Shown here one piece after another: positions 8,400-17,610 of a DNA stretch of 62,415 nucleotides. Numbering within the stretch: position 1 is the stretch's first letter; every line of letters starts with the position of its first letter. The translations under genes were made by a program, and so were the position numbers. Under the pieces are notes generated by a model. That model did no database searches. It saw only the letters and a list, made by a program, of their open reading frames with translations, and was not told the origin of the DNA. This stretch comes from Candidatus Thorarchaeota archaeon. GTDB lineage: Archaea > Asgardarchaeota > Thorarchaeia > Thorarchaeales > Thorarchaeaceae. The stretch lies in the NCBI GenBank assembly GCA_016839445.1, contig JAEOUG010000100.1, positions 1 through 62,415 of the forward strand, written 5' to 3'.

Positions 8400-10198
8400 G
8401 CCTAGACCGAGAAGACGATCCAGATGCAAGGACCTACGAGTTCGCTGACTTCACTCTACTCAAGCGTATGACTCTATACCTTCTGAAGTACAGGCGCTCG
8501 TTTCTTGGAGTGGTCATCCTCACTGCGGTAAACATCTCTGTCACAATCTATGCTCCGTTCATACTTCAGCACGCAATCGATGTCGACTTTGCAGGTGGCA
8601 ACGTTTCCGCCCTCCTTGTGACCTCTCTCTTCTACGTTGCGTTGCTCAGTGTAACGTGGGTGACGGCCTATGGTCAGGAGTATCTGATGGCAGTCATGGG
8701 GCAGGGGGCAGTCTACGATATCCGACAGGACCTATACGACCAGCTCCAGAGAATGGGAGAGGACTTCTATGATCAGTCGTCTTCAGGACGAGTCATATCG
8801 AGGATAACCAACGATGTGGATAGGATGAGCGAACTCCTAGGTGGAGAACTCATCAGCACCTTCGCCCAGATATTCATAGTATTCGGGATAGGCGTAGTGA
8901 TATTCACGGTGGACTTCACGCTGGCCCTCGCGTCGCTCTCCATTGTGCCCATACTGCTGCTGACCACGGTCTACTTCCGCAAGCGCCTTCGAGAGGCATA
9001 TCGAAGCACGCGAAAGACGATATCGAGTGTGACGGCCAACTACGCAGAGAGCATCTCGGGGGCGAAGGTGACCAAGAGCTTTGCTCGAGAGCGCATCAGT
9101 GCCGAGCGGTTCAGAGAACTCAACAAGGCTGACTACGATGCCAACGTCCAGGCGGGTGGGTCGCAGGCTATGTTCTTCCCAGTGATTCGGTTGATCAGCG
9201 GAATGGGCATAGCTGTGATCCTCTTCGTTGGCGGCATGCTGTATCTCGGCGGGTCGGCCACTCTGGGCACCATAGTGCTCTTTGTCCAATTCAACGACCG
9301 CTTCTTCCGGCCAATCCTCACCATCGCCAACTTCTACACCTCGGTACAGAGCGCCTTTGCCGGTGCGGAGCGAGTATTCACCATCATTGACCAAGAGCCA
9401 GTTGTAGTCGACTCACCAGATGCGAGACCAATCGGCGAGATTGAAGGCCACATTCACTTCGACAATGTCACCTTCGGCTATCGTGAGGGTCCTCTGGTCT
9501 TGGAGGACTTCGATCTGGAAATCCCCGCAGGACAGTCAATAGCTCTCGTAGGTGACACAGGCGCTGGCAAGACCACTGTGGTCAGTCTCCTCAATCGTTT
9601 CTATGATGTCAAGCGAGGGTCCGGGGCCGTAAGAATCGACGGTATAGACATTCGAGACGTCACCCAGAAGTCGCTGCACAGCAACATCGGCTTGGTCCTG
9701 CAGGACCCCTTTCTGTTTCAGGGTACAATCAAAGACAACGTCAAGTACGCTCGGCCTGACGCAACTGACGAGGAAATCCTTCATGCCACTGAGGTAATCG
9801 GTGCACGACGGATCTTTGAGAGCCTGGATGAAGGCTTCGATACTAAGGTTGGAGAGAGGGGTGGTCGCCTCTCTGAGGGTGAGCGACAGCTTGTGAGCTT
9901 CGCTCGGGCTCTCTTGGCTGATCCGAAGATACTAGTCCTTGATGAGGCCACTAGTTCCATCGATGTCTACACAGAGCACGCTATCCAAAAGGGGATGAAG
10001 GCACTCCTCGAAGGGCGAACTTCTATTGTCATTGCACACAGACTCTCAACGATTGTCAATGCTGACCGCATCGTCGTAATCGAGAAAGGCAAGATCGTGG
10101 AGTCTGGCCGACACGCAGACCTGATGGCCAAGGAAGGCAAGTACTTCTCGCTATACGAGCTGCAGATACGGCCCAGGGCTATGCGGTCTGCCACGTAG
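8396..10198 (+). CDS. ABC exporter, fused TMD-NBD (heterodimer subunit 2)
   Basis: GDTGAGKT, degenerate signature LSEGERQ, VLDEAT; GTGA overlap with the upstream gene. Confidence 0.9.
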   Translation: MSLDREDDPDARTYEFADFTLLKRMTLYLLKYRRSFLGVVILTAVNISVTIYAPFILQHAIDVDFAGGNVSALLVTSLFYVALLSVTWVTAYGQEYLMAVMGQGAVYDIRQDLYDQLQRMGEDFYDQSSSGRVISRITNDVDRMSELLGGELISTFAQIFIVFGIGVVIFTVDFTLALASLSIVPILLLTTVYFRKRLREAYRSTRKTISSVTANYAESISGAKVTKSFARERISAERFRELNKADYDANVQAGGSQAMFFPVIRLISGMGIAVILFVGGMLYLGGSATLGTIVLFVQFNDRFFRPILTIANFYTSVQSAFAGAERVFTIIDQEPVVVDSPDARPIGEIEGHIHFDNVTFGYREGPLVLEDFDLEIPAGQSIALVGDTGAGKTTVVSLLNRFYDVKRGSGAVRIDGIDIRDVTQKSLHSNIGLVLQDPFLFQGTIKDNVKYARPDATDEEILHATEVIGARRIFESLDEGFDTKVGERGGRLSEGERQLVSFARALLADPKILVLDEATSSIDVYTEHAIQKGMKALLEGRTSIVIAHRLSTIVNADRIVVIEKGKIVESGRHADLMAKEGKYFSLYELQIRPRAMRSAT

Positions 10199-10213
10199 TG
10201 TCAACGGGAAGTC

Positions 10214-10257
10214 AGAGAAAAGGAGGAGTGAGCCCCCGCGAATTCGGGCGGAGGCTC
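10214..10257 (-). terminator. Hairpin plus U-rich tract
   Basis: Minus strand GAGCCTCCGC-8nt-GCGGGGGCTC, then actcctccTTTTCTCT, between convergent genes. Confidence 0.6.
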
Positions 10258-10291
10258 GGAGTGTACTTACCGAAAGCTAGCAAGCTCTGAA

Positions 10292-11065
10292 TCAGTCATC
10301 CCAGTCGAAGTCGTCTACGTCATCCCAGGAGTATGGCCAACCCTTCATGCCGCGCTTCATGGACTTGAGTGACTTGAGTCCCCTAAGCCCTTTCATGGCC
10401 TCGGTAACTGATCTCGTCACTATGGGGCCTATATCGAGGAAGTTGTCAAGTCCGACAATGCCTCCCTTTCCGACAATCAGGTTCTTCCCATCCCTGTTGG
10501 TGATGGCTACGCCTGACTTGCTAACGGAAACCATGTTGTCCTCGCCCAGAACGAAGACGTTCTTGCCGTGTGTGAAGACGAGACCTCTGTCTTCTCCCAT
10601 CACGAGCACAACCGGTTTGCCATCGGAGTCCTTGCCGAGGAAGATGGAGGACTTCTCCTTCTTGTCCAGCTTCGTCTTCTTGGTGTCCCCATTGAACTGC
10701 TCCACTATGGCGGTCTCGATGGTGCTTACAAGCGCTTCTTCGCTGGCGAATCCTTGACTCTGGAGATCACCAGAAGTCGCCTCCCTGGAGACATTCTCAA
10801 GGGAGTTCGGTCCGATGTAGAACTGGACTCCATCGAGGGTTCCAACAACAGATTCTCCCATGGCGCCAACATCGGTCTCTGCGATAGCATCAACTGCGAA
10901 ACTCGCTGGTCCTATGAAGGCCGCTCCAACTCGAACACCATCGTCGAGGATGTATACCCACAGGCAGCCTGCCTCCATCCTGACATAGGCCTTCTCATGT
11001 GAGAGGATGTCATGATCCTCTGTGGTCGTCATCACGTTCTTGTCTGGTATCAGTCGCTTCATCAT
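10292..11065 (-). CDS. Hypothetical protein with beta-rich repeats and acidic Trp C-terminus
   Basis: 257 aa ORF with GGAG SD, 10 nt after the wHTH gene; ends WDDVDDFDWDD. Confidence 0.7.
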   Translation of the reverse strand: MMKRLIPDKNVMTTTEDHDILSHEKAYVRMEAGCLWVYILDDGVRVGAAFIGPASFAVDAIAETDVGAMGESVVGTLDGVQFYIGPNSLENVSREATSGDLQSQGFASEEALVSTIETAIVEQFNGDTKKTKLDKKEKSSIFLGKDSDGKPVVLVMGEDRGLVFTHGKNVFVLGEDNMVSVSKSGVAITNRDGKNLIVGKGGIVGLDNFLDIGPIVTRSVTEAMKGLRGLKSLKSMKRGMKGWPYSWDDVDDFDWDD

Positions 11066-11075
11066 TCGTATCTCC

Positions 11076-11963
11076 TTAGTCCTTCCAATCTAGATCATCC
11101 AGGTCCTCGCCTTCTCGAGGCTGGGACTCATCGCCCTCGGTCTCGTAGTGGTATGAATAGCTGTTACCTTCTTGCTCTTCGGAGGCTTCATCCTCTTCTG
11201 GTTCGAATTCGACGCCAACCTCGGCCTCGTCGTCATCGACATCCGTCTCGTTGGCACTGCCGTTGCCGCTCTTTCGTTGCTGGCGTTCAACTCTGCTGGT
11301 CAGCCACTGTGCAAGGCGATAGGCCAGGCGTCCTTCTACAGTGACGTAGTAGGTGCCCCTGACCTCTCCCTTGACCACATATCCTGCTTCCACGAGAGGA
11401 TCGAGGTGATGCGTGAGGGAGCTTCCTGTCTTGCCAGTGTGCTGTTCAATCTCGTTGAACTTCTTGCCACCCGTCTTGAGGAGGTCGATTATCCTCAGAC
11501 GCTCCTCGCTTCCCAAGGGGCTCACAATCTTGGCAACGCGTTCAGGAGGAATCTCCTCGAACTTCTTTGCGCGGGACTTGGTCTTGGCTCCTCTTCGTGC
11601 GCTCCTGGCAATGCGGAATCCTGGAATTCGGGTTCCGTCGACGTGCCTGAGGCTCATCTCGATCTGCTCTCCTAAGCCGTCCATCATGTCTTCAAGAGAG
11701 TCAGTCACCTTGGAGAGGTCAATGTCAATCTCCGGCACACGGACGGGTGGCGGAGGACGAGGCCTTGTGATTCGCCTGGCCTTCCTCAGCTGTTCCCTCT
11801 GGTGCCGAAGCTCATCTCTCTCATCCCGGATGTCCCTCTCTTCTCTACGTCTTTCGAGTCTCTCTTTCTCTCGACGGACATCCTCAACTTCTCGGGCCAG
11901 CTCCTCTTTGAGCCGGCGCACATCATCGAGTTCCTTCCGAATCTTGTCAATGTCGTCGCTCAT
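11076..11963 (-). CDS. ArsR-like winged-helix regulator with N-terminal coiled coil and acidic tail
   Basis: LGSEERLRIIDLL...GSSLTHHLDPLVEAGYV...GTYYVTVEG. Confidence 0.8.
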   Translation of the reverse strand: MSDDIDKIRKELDDVRRLKEELAREVEDVRREKERLERRREERDIRDERDELRHQREQLRKARRITRPRPPPPVRVPEIDIDLSKVTDSLEDMMDGLGEQIEMSLRHVDGTRIPGFRIARSARRGAKTKSRAKKFEEIPPERVAKIVSPLGSEERLRIIDLLKTGGKKFNEIEQHTGKTGSSLTHHLDPLVEAGYVVKGEVRGTYYVTVEGRLAYRLAQWLTSRVERQQRKSGNGSANETDVDDDEAEVGVEFEPEEDEASEEQEGNSYSYHYETEGDESQPREGEDLDDLDWKD

Positions 11964-11980
11964 CGTCGTGTCACTTAATT

Positions 11981-12057
11981 CTGTGATATTACAGTTACTG
12001 TATAAACTTACATTTAAACTCTGCGGTCAGAGTACAGTTTTGGAACATGTGTTCCAA
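11981..12057. promoter_or_regulatory. Divergent promoter region with palindromic operator candidates
   Basis: TACAGT-T-ACTGTA (11990-12002) abutting TATAAA 12001-12006; TTGGAACA-TG-TGTTCCAA (12040-12057). Confidence 0.55.
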
Positions 12058-12199
12058 GGAACCAGTGCTTTGCTGACACCAGTGTGGTATTCTTCAAAAA
12101 CCTGTCCTGAAGGCCTAGAAGTCATTTCTACGGGATTTGTTTATTAGTGAAATAGCGGCCGAAGGTTCACTCTTACTTGATGAGGGTGAAATATCAGAA

Positions 12200-12403
12200 A
12201 TGGCAAAGAAGAAGGCTCCGGCCAAACCAAAGTACACCTACTTCGTAAAGAAGGCAATCCAGGACTTCGCCAAGGACAATGGCATGATGGTGGGCAGCGA
12301 TGCCTACGATGCATTCAACGTCGTCATGCATGAGGCCCTCTCCGCCGCAGCTGGTCGCTGCAAGGAGAACAAGCGAAAGACCCTGAAGGCATACGATTTC
12401 TAG
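12200..12403 (+). CDS. Histone-fold protein with Lys-rich N-terminal extension
   Basis: MAKKKAPAKPK...VKKAIQDFAK-DNGMMVGSDA...AAAGRCKENKRKTLKAYDF with the L2/alpha3 RKTxxxxD histone motif; GGTGA SD. Confidence 0.8.
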   Translation: MAKKKAPAKPKYTYFVKKAIQDFAKDNGMMVGSDAYDAFNVVMHEALSAAAGRCKENKRKTLKAYDF

Positions 12404-12440
12404 AAGCCTACTAGTATAAGGAGGGTGGGTGGCTTCCCGG

Positions 12441-13118
12441 CTACCCAGCCTCACTCTCTAATTCTGCCACCGAGCTCTTGGCTTTGCGTGAAGAAGGCAA
12501 CAGCAGAGCTATGAGGAAGAGCCCAAGCCCTATGTACAGTCCCGAGAACGCTGCTATGAATACTATATGGCGTGTCCAATATGGGATTGCCAGATCAAAC
12601 AGGTAGAAGAACGCAGAAACGGCAAACAACAGGAGGGCTCCCATAAGGAGGCCAATCCGTCTATCATTACGTTTCTCGTCCTCGACAGCAGCTCTCTTTT
12701 TCCCTGGCTCGAAACGGATCAGACCTGCGACAGTGAAGGGAACGCTTACCAACATGTAGAGCCCTAGAATCACCATCATTCCGAAGTGAGTCCAATGTAT
12801 GAACTCGCTCTGGTCATCAGTAGCGACCGTGCGGAAGATCTGGATGCCGTCAGGCCACCCAATGACGATTCTGTAGTAGAACTGGTTGGTGTCATAGTCT
12901 CGGTGTTGCTGAATCGTAAACGGAAAGGCCGTTGGAGGCATTACTCTGAGTTCCTGTTCTGGCCCGATGGGGATTTCTATGATGGGTATACTGGTAGCAG
13001 TGAACGCAGTCATGCCCGCCATTAGCACTCCAACAAAGAGAGTCTCGTATGCTCTCTTCGTCCTACTTCCACCCAATCTGGACCATGCACCAAGGCAAGC
13101 CAGAACAACAAGCATCAT
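12441..13118 (-). CDS. Hypothetical membrane protein
   Basis: 4-5 hydrophobic segments; start uncertain. Confidence 0.6.
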   Translation of the reverse strand: MMLVVLACLGAWSRLGGSRTKRAYETLFVGVLMAGMTAFTATSIPIIEIPIGPEQELRVMPPTAFPFTIQQHRDYDTNQFYYRIVIGWPDGIQIFRTVATDDQSEFIHWTHFGMMVILGLYMLVSVPFTVAGLIRFEPGKKRAAVEDEKRNDRRIGLLMGALLLFAVSAFFYLFDLAIPYWTRHIVFIAAFSGLYIGLGLFLIALLLPSSRKAKSSVAELESEAG

Positions 13119-13284
13119 CGGAACTTGCTCCGTACGTGCCTGCCCAACACTATGGTTGTCTACACCGATATGCCTTCCGTTGGTTGACCTTCTGCACTAC
13201 CCCAGGTCGGAGGAATCACTGAGAGCAGCTAGGGCTTCTCGAGCGTCCTTCTCTGGCAGCCAATGATTGGCAGATGTCTGGTCT

Positions 13285-14484
13285 CTATCTCGCTTCCTGA
13301 ATCTTCTTGACTTCAGCAATGATCTCAGGCAGTACCTGGAAGATGTCACCAACGATGCCGAAGTCTGCAATCTCAAAGATGGGCGCCTCGGGGTCCTTGT
13401 TGACAGCCACGATGATGTCAGCACTGCTCATGCCGGCTATATGTTGAATTGCGCCTGATATCCCGAGAGCGAAGTAGAGCTTTGGACAGACAGTCCTGCC
13501 TGACTGGCCGACCTGCTGGCTCGGAGGGAGCCATCCAAGATCCACGATAGGTCGTGAACCGCCTACTGCAGCATCAAGAAGGTCCGCAAGTTGCTTCGGT
13601 AGCTCGAGATTGGCAGGGTCCTTGATGCCACGTCCGCTGCAGACAATCACATCAGCTTCCTCTACGCTCTTCATGCCCTCGACGCCTTCCTTCACCTTCT
13701 CCAGTACCCTGGTTCGCACTTGAACCGGACTGATGTTCATCTCGACCTTCTCTATCTTGCCAGTTCGTGATTTGTCTGGCTCACCAGGCTTGAAGACGTT
13801 GGGTCGAACGGTTGACATCTGGGGTCTCTTGTACGGCGAGAGAATCTCGGCCATGATGTTCCCGCCAAAGGCGGGCCTGGTCTGAACCAGCTGTCCTTCA
13901 CTGTCTATCTCCAGGCCTGTGCAGTCTGCTGTAAGACCTAGACCCATTCGTGCCGCAACTCGAGGCGCGAGGTCTCTTCCGTTGGTCGTGGCTCCGTAAA
14001 GCACGACGTTTGGCTTTCGTTGGGCTATCAATGAGGAGACCGCTATAGTGAATGCGTCGGTGGTGTAGTCTTGGAAGATCTTGTCGTCAACCACAAGCAC
14101 ATGATCTGCGCCCTGATGGACCAAGGACTCAGCAAGACCCTCAATCTCGTGTCCGATGAGCACAGCAGTGAGGGGCTCTTCCAGCTTATCCGCTAGTTCA
14201 CGGCCCTTGGAGGTCAGTTCGAAGGCAACGCTCCTGAGCCTCCCATCATTCGTTTCAGCAACTATCCATACTCCCTTGTGGTCCGCAATGGCACCCTTGT
14301 CAACTGCTTTGCGCTCGATAGTGATGGCGTCCACGGGACAGACTTCTTCGCAGGAGCCGCAGAGGACACACTTGTCGAGGTCGAACTTGACCTTGTCTCC
14401 GTCCCTCTCGATTGCACCGAAACTGCAGACCTTTGGACAGAGCATGCATCCGTTGCAGGTTTCTCTGTCGAAGATTAGACCCAT
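13285..14484 (-). CDS. etfA: Electron transfer flavoprotein alpha subunit with N-terminal 2x[4Fe-4S] ferredoxin
   Basis: CNGCMLCPKVC and CVLCGSCEEVCP; GLTADCT; QQVGQSG; GISGAIQH. Confidence 0.95.
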   Translation of the reverse strand: MGLIFDRETCNGCMLCPKVCSFGAIERDGDKVKFDLDKCVLCGSCEEVCPVDAITIERKAVDKGAIADHKGVWIVAETNDGRLRSVAFELTSKGRELADKLEEPLTAVLIGHEIEGLAESLVHQGADHVLVVDDKIFQDYTTDAFTIAVSSLIAQRKPNVVLYGATTNGRDLAPRVAARMGLGLTADCTGLEIDSEGQLVQTRPAFGGNIMAEILSPYKRPQMSTVRPNVFKPGEPDKSRTGKIEKVEMNISPVQVRTRVLEKVKEGVEGMKSVEEADVIVCSGRGIKDPANLELPKQLADLLDAAVGGSRPIVDLGWLPPSQQVGQSGRTVCPKLYFALGISGAIQHIAGMSSADIIVAVNKDPEAPIFEIADFGIVGDIFQVLPEIIAEVKKIQEAR

Positions 14485-14486
14485 CT

Positions 14487-15278
14487 TTAGATCGCCCCCT
14501 TCTGCGCCAAGAATTCCACAAGTTGCTTGGCTGCCGCCTTCGGGTCATCCGCCTCTATCTTGATACCGCCCTTCTTCTTCTCAGGCGCGAAGACTTTCCT
14601 CACCTGAGTTGGCGAACCCTTCAGTCCTAGGTCGTCAAGATTAGAGCCGAGTGTCTCAGCATTGACCTCCTCGTACGGCTTGCTCTTGGATTTCATCACG
14701 CTCATGATGCTGGGTAGACGGGGTTCATTGAGTCCCTTTGTCGCGGTGAGGAGTACTGGCAGTTTGACCCTCACAACCTCGTATCCCTCATCTGTCTCAC
14801 GGTGGCAAGTTGCATGCTTGGCATCTTCGCTCAGTTCGATCTTGCGAACGTAGCATATCTGAGGAATACCCAGGAGTTCTGCCAGTTCCGGACCGACCTG
14901 AGCAGTGTCTCCGTCAATGGCTTGCTTGCCGCAGATGATGATGTCAAACTCCATCTTCTTGATTTGCCCGGAGAGCGTGAGTGCAGTGGCCCAAGTATCA
15001 GCCCCTGCAAAGGCTATGTCAGTCATGTGGACCGCCTTGTCGCCTCCCATGGCAAGGGCCTTCAAGAGCGCCTCTCTTGCCTGAGGTGGGCCCATTGTGA
15101 TGATGGTGACTTCTCCCTCATGCTTCTCCTTCAGCTGAACGGCGGCCTCCACTGCAAACTCATCGAAGGGATTGAGAATGCTCTGGACGCCCTCTCTGAT
15201 CAACGTGCCAGTCTCTTTGTTGATTTTGACTTCAGCGACTTCAGGAACCTGTTTTACGGGTACAATGATCTTGACCAA
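14487..15278 (-). CDS. etfB: Electron transfer flavoprotein beta subunit
   Basis: VKQVP, NPFDEFAVE, FAGADTWAT, GKQAIDGDTAQVGP. Confidence 0.95.
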   Translation of the reverse strand: MVKIIVPVKQVPEVAEVKINKETGTLIREGVQSILNPFDEFAVEAAVQLKEKHEGEVTIITMGPPQAREALLKALAMGGDKAVHMTDIAFAGADTWATALTLSGQIKKMEFDIIICGKQAIDGDTAQVGPELAELLGIPQICYVRKIELSEDAKHATCHRETDEGYEVVRVKLPVLLTATKGLNEPRLPSIMSVMKSKSKPYEEVNAETLGSNLDDLGLKGSPTQVRKVFAPEKKKGGIKIEADDPKAAAKQLVEFLAQKGAI

Positions 15279-15456
15279 CGTTACACCCCGCTGATTGTGT
15301 TCACTGAGGCCTGCGGAGTGCGACGCCCCATTATAAGCAATACGCAGTAGGAATTATTGAGAATGCGAGGTCTGCTCATCCTCGGAGAACTTCTCGTTGT
15401 GACTACGTAATCCTTTTATGAGTGCGGAATCGTCAACCCACCTAGTTCCTTAAGCA

Positions 15457-15792
15457 ATGATAAGGAGGATGCCGAAAATAGGCAGAGAAAAGGCCTTTGG
15501 TGCCATACTATTCATCTTAGCGTTCCTCGTACTGGTATACTACCTCTGGGGTCTAGTCATTCTGAACATCCCCGGTGTACGTGAGTGGGTTGAGGCAAAC
15601 GCTGGGCTTCTATTACCGCTCTTGAATCCTAGTTTCCAGGTACTGGTCGGAGTTCCAATACTCATCGGAGTACTCCTGATCATGGTCATTGCCATGTGGA
15701 TTGGCTACACCATGATTACCACCCCGGCACCTGAGCCACTCGAGGATTTCGATTTCGACGAGACCGAGATCTCTGAGAACAAGGAAGAGTAA
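15457..15792 (+). CDS. Small two-TM membrane protein with acidic tail
   Basis: 2 TM, WIGYTMITTPAPEP motif; start may be ATG 15469 (GGAGG SD). Confidence 0.7.
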   Translation: MIRRMPKIGREKAFGAILFILAFLVLVYYLWGLVILNIPGVREWVEANAGLLLPLLNPSFQVLVGVPILIGVLLIMVIAMWIGYTMITTPAPEPLEDFDFDETEISENKEE

Positions 15793-15793
15793 A

Positions 15794-15843
15794 GGCCCAC
15801 TGGGCCGAAATGGGGCCTGCAGGCCCCGCTATCTCATTTTTCT
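15794..15843 (+). terminator. Tandem inverted repeats plus U-tract
   Basis: GGCCCA-C-TGGGCC and GGGGCCT-GC-AGGCCCC, then gctatctcaTTTTTCT. Confidence 0.55.
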
Positions 15844-15908
15844 ATTCCATAAGGAGTAAGAGTCTTGTTCGTAGGTCATGATTTAAGAGATTCCACACTG
15901 ACCTCTCG

Positions 15909-16475
15909 ATGGTGCATACAATGCCTCTCCTAGGACGCTCGAAAGACAAGGACTACAGGAATGCTGCTCGCCTGCTTGCGGATGGCCATACCATTGAGGC
16001 AGTCGAAGAGCTGCGTAGGATAGTGGCCTTGAATCCGGCCCACAGCAATGCCCGGGTCAGCCTTGCAGTGGGCCTCATGCAGATGCAGGAAGAACCTGAC
16101 ATCAAGAGCGATCTGACCAAGGAAGCCTTGGAGCATCTTGACATCGCCACGCAGAATGCGCCAGACGATCCGATTCCCTATTTCAACAGGGGCGTCACTC
16201 TGAGGCACCTCGGTCAGAGAGAGGAGGCCCTAAAGAGTTTCGAGGCCGTCTTGGAGCGCGAGGACCGCAACGCCTTGGCCGTTCTTCACATGGCCGAGAT
16301 CAACTTCGAACTGGAGAGATGGGATGAAGCTCTTGAGTTCGCCCGTGTTGCTCTGGTGAGGGACCCCAGTCTGGAGCCGAACCTCGGTTGGGTTCGTGTG
16401 GCCCTCCGGAAGGCTGGAAAACTTGAGGATCCCACAGCCGTTCCGAAAGACGAGCAACAAGAGGATAAGGCCTGA
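15909..16475 (+). CDS. TPR repeat protein
   Basis: LNPAHSNARVSLA and APDDPIPYFNRGVTL repeats. Confidence 0.8.
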   Translation: MVHTMPLLGRSKDKDYRNAARLLADGHTIEAVEELRRIVALNPAHSNARVSLAVGLMQMQEEPDIKSDLTKEALEHLDIATQNAPDDPIPYFNRGVTLRHLGQREEALKSFEAVLEREDRNALAVLHMAEINFELERWDEALEFARVALVRDPSLEPNLGWVRVALRKAGKLEDPTAVPKDEQQEDKA

Positions 16476-16572
16476 CCAATGGACAGTGCGCAAGGCTTAA
16501 ATTGGAACCTCTCGGGTTTTCGACTGTTGTGCCCAGTCACGACCATCTTCGCTTGTCATATCAGGTGATTGC

Positions 16573-16983
16573 ATGTCACAGAAAGCAGAACCAATGTACC
16601 GTGGGTATCCCCTCTCAGAGCTAGTCAAGATGAATATGGACTCGCTCATCGAACTTCTTCCAACAAGGAGACGAAGGACTCTCAAGCGTGGCCTTCCTCC
16701 AAGACAGAAGAAGCTCCTCGTGAAGATTAGGGCTGCAAGGAAGCAGGCCAAGAAGGGGAAGGATGTTGTTGTCAAGACCCACTGCCGTGATATGGTCATT
16801 CTCCCCGAGATGGTTGACCTCACTATTGCTGTTCACACAGGCAAGGAGTTCCAGCGAATCAAGATCATCCCACAAATGATTGGGCATGTGTTGGGTGAGT
16901 TCGCATTGACCACCAAGCAGGTCAAACATGGCAACCCCGGTATCGGAGCCACAAAGAGCAGTGCTTACGTGCCTCTGAAGTAA
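16573..16983 (+). CDS. rps19: 30S ribosomal protein uS19 (archaeal S19)
   Basis: YRGY, RRTLKRG, KTHCRDMVILPEMV, MIGHVLGEFALT, GIGATKSSAYVPLK. Confidence 0.97.
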   Translation: MSQKAEPMYRGYPLSELVKMNMDSLIELLPTRRRRTLKRGLPPRQKKLLVKIRAARKQAKKGKDVVVKTHCRDMVILPEMVDLTIAVHTGKEFQRIKIIPQMIGHVLGEFALTTKQVKHGNPGIGATKSSAYVPLK

Positions 16984-17266
16984 GGGTTCCTCATTCTCCA
17001 ACAGGGGCAAAGCCCCTCAGCAGATGCACAGGTGAGATGAGACTCCGTTGTGCCAACATTCACTTTGCCAGACTGCTCAAGTGCGAAAGCACAGGCAGAG
17101 TGATTAACATGCTCGCGGTGGCGGCAGCCCAAGAGAACTCGCCACTCTATGAAGAATGCATTCTCCTGCCACTTCAGAAGGTATCAGGAAGGCCTGGGTC
17201 CATCGACATAGGACCTCTCTCTGGGGCAAACACCCTAATAGCTGAGTAGCTGTCTGTCCTGCTCTG

Positions 17267-17596
17267 ATGACAGAGCGGGAACTGGCGTCCGTGATACTGG
17301 ACCACATCCATGAGGTGACAGGTTGGGGCAACCCACTGCGGCCATACTGTGAAGACGAGTTCCTGAAGCTTGTTGAAGTGGTCGAGCATCCAGATGGCTT
17401 GAGAGAGGTTTTGGTGCGATACACCTTCAACGAGGATGGATTCTCGCAGTATGACAAGAGCCACCAGTTGGAGGGCAGGTTCATGATTTCCCCCAATCTT
17501 GAGATTGTGAGTGCCAAACTTGAGGAGACCTACACGGGGCCCGCTACAACGAATGATCCCTACAGGCAGGCAACGGACCCGGGGACCGATGCATAA
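17267..17596 (+). CDS. Hypothetical protein
   Basis: 109 aa with natural composition (YTFNEDGFSQYDKSH). Confidence 0.6.
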   Translation: MTERELASVILDHIHEVTGWGNPLRPYCEDEFLKLVEVVEHPDGLREVLVRYTFNEDGFSQYDKSHQLEGRFMISPNLEIVSAKLEETYTGPATTNDPYRQATDPGTDA

Positions 17597-17610
17597 GCGA
17601 CAAGGTGCTA

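Noticed and set aside
13119-13424. In-frame TAG (13197-13199) joining ORF 13197-13424 to ORF 12441-13118: possible pyrrolysine readthrough
   Set aside because: The upstream part overlaps etfA out of frame and the fused peptide has no recognisable domain
17165-17195. GCCACT...GGAAGGC resembling a cobalamin riboswitch box
   Set aside because: Other conserved elements are absent and there is no B12-related downstream gene
17037-17249. 70-aa ORF with GGTGA SD after rps19
   Set aside because: Random-looking composition; cannot be supported, though not excluded
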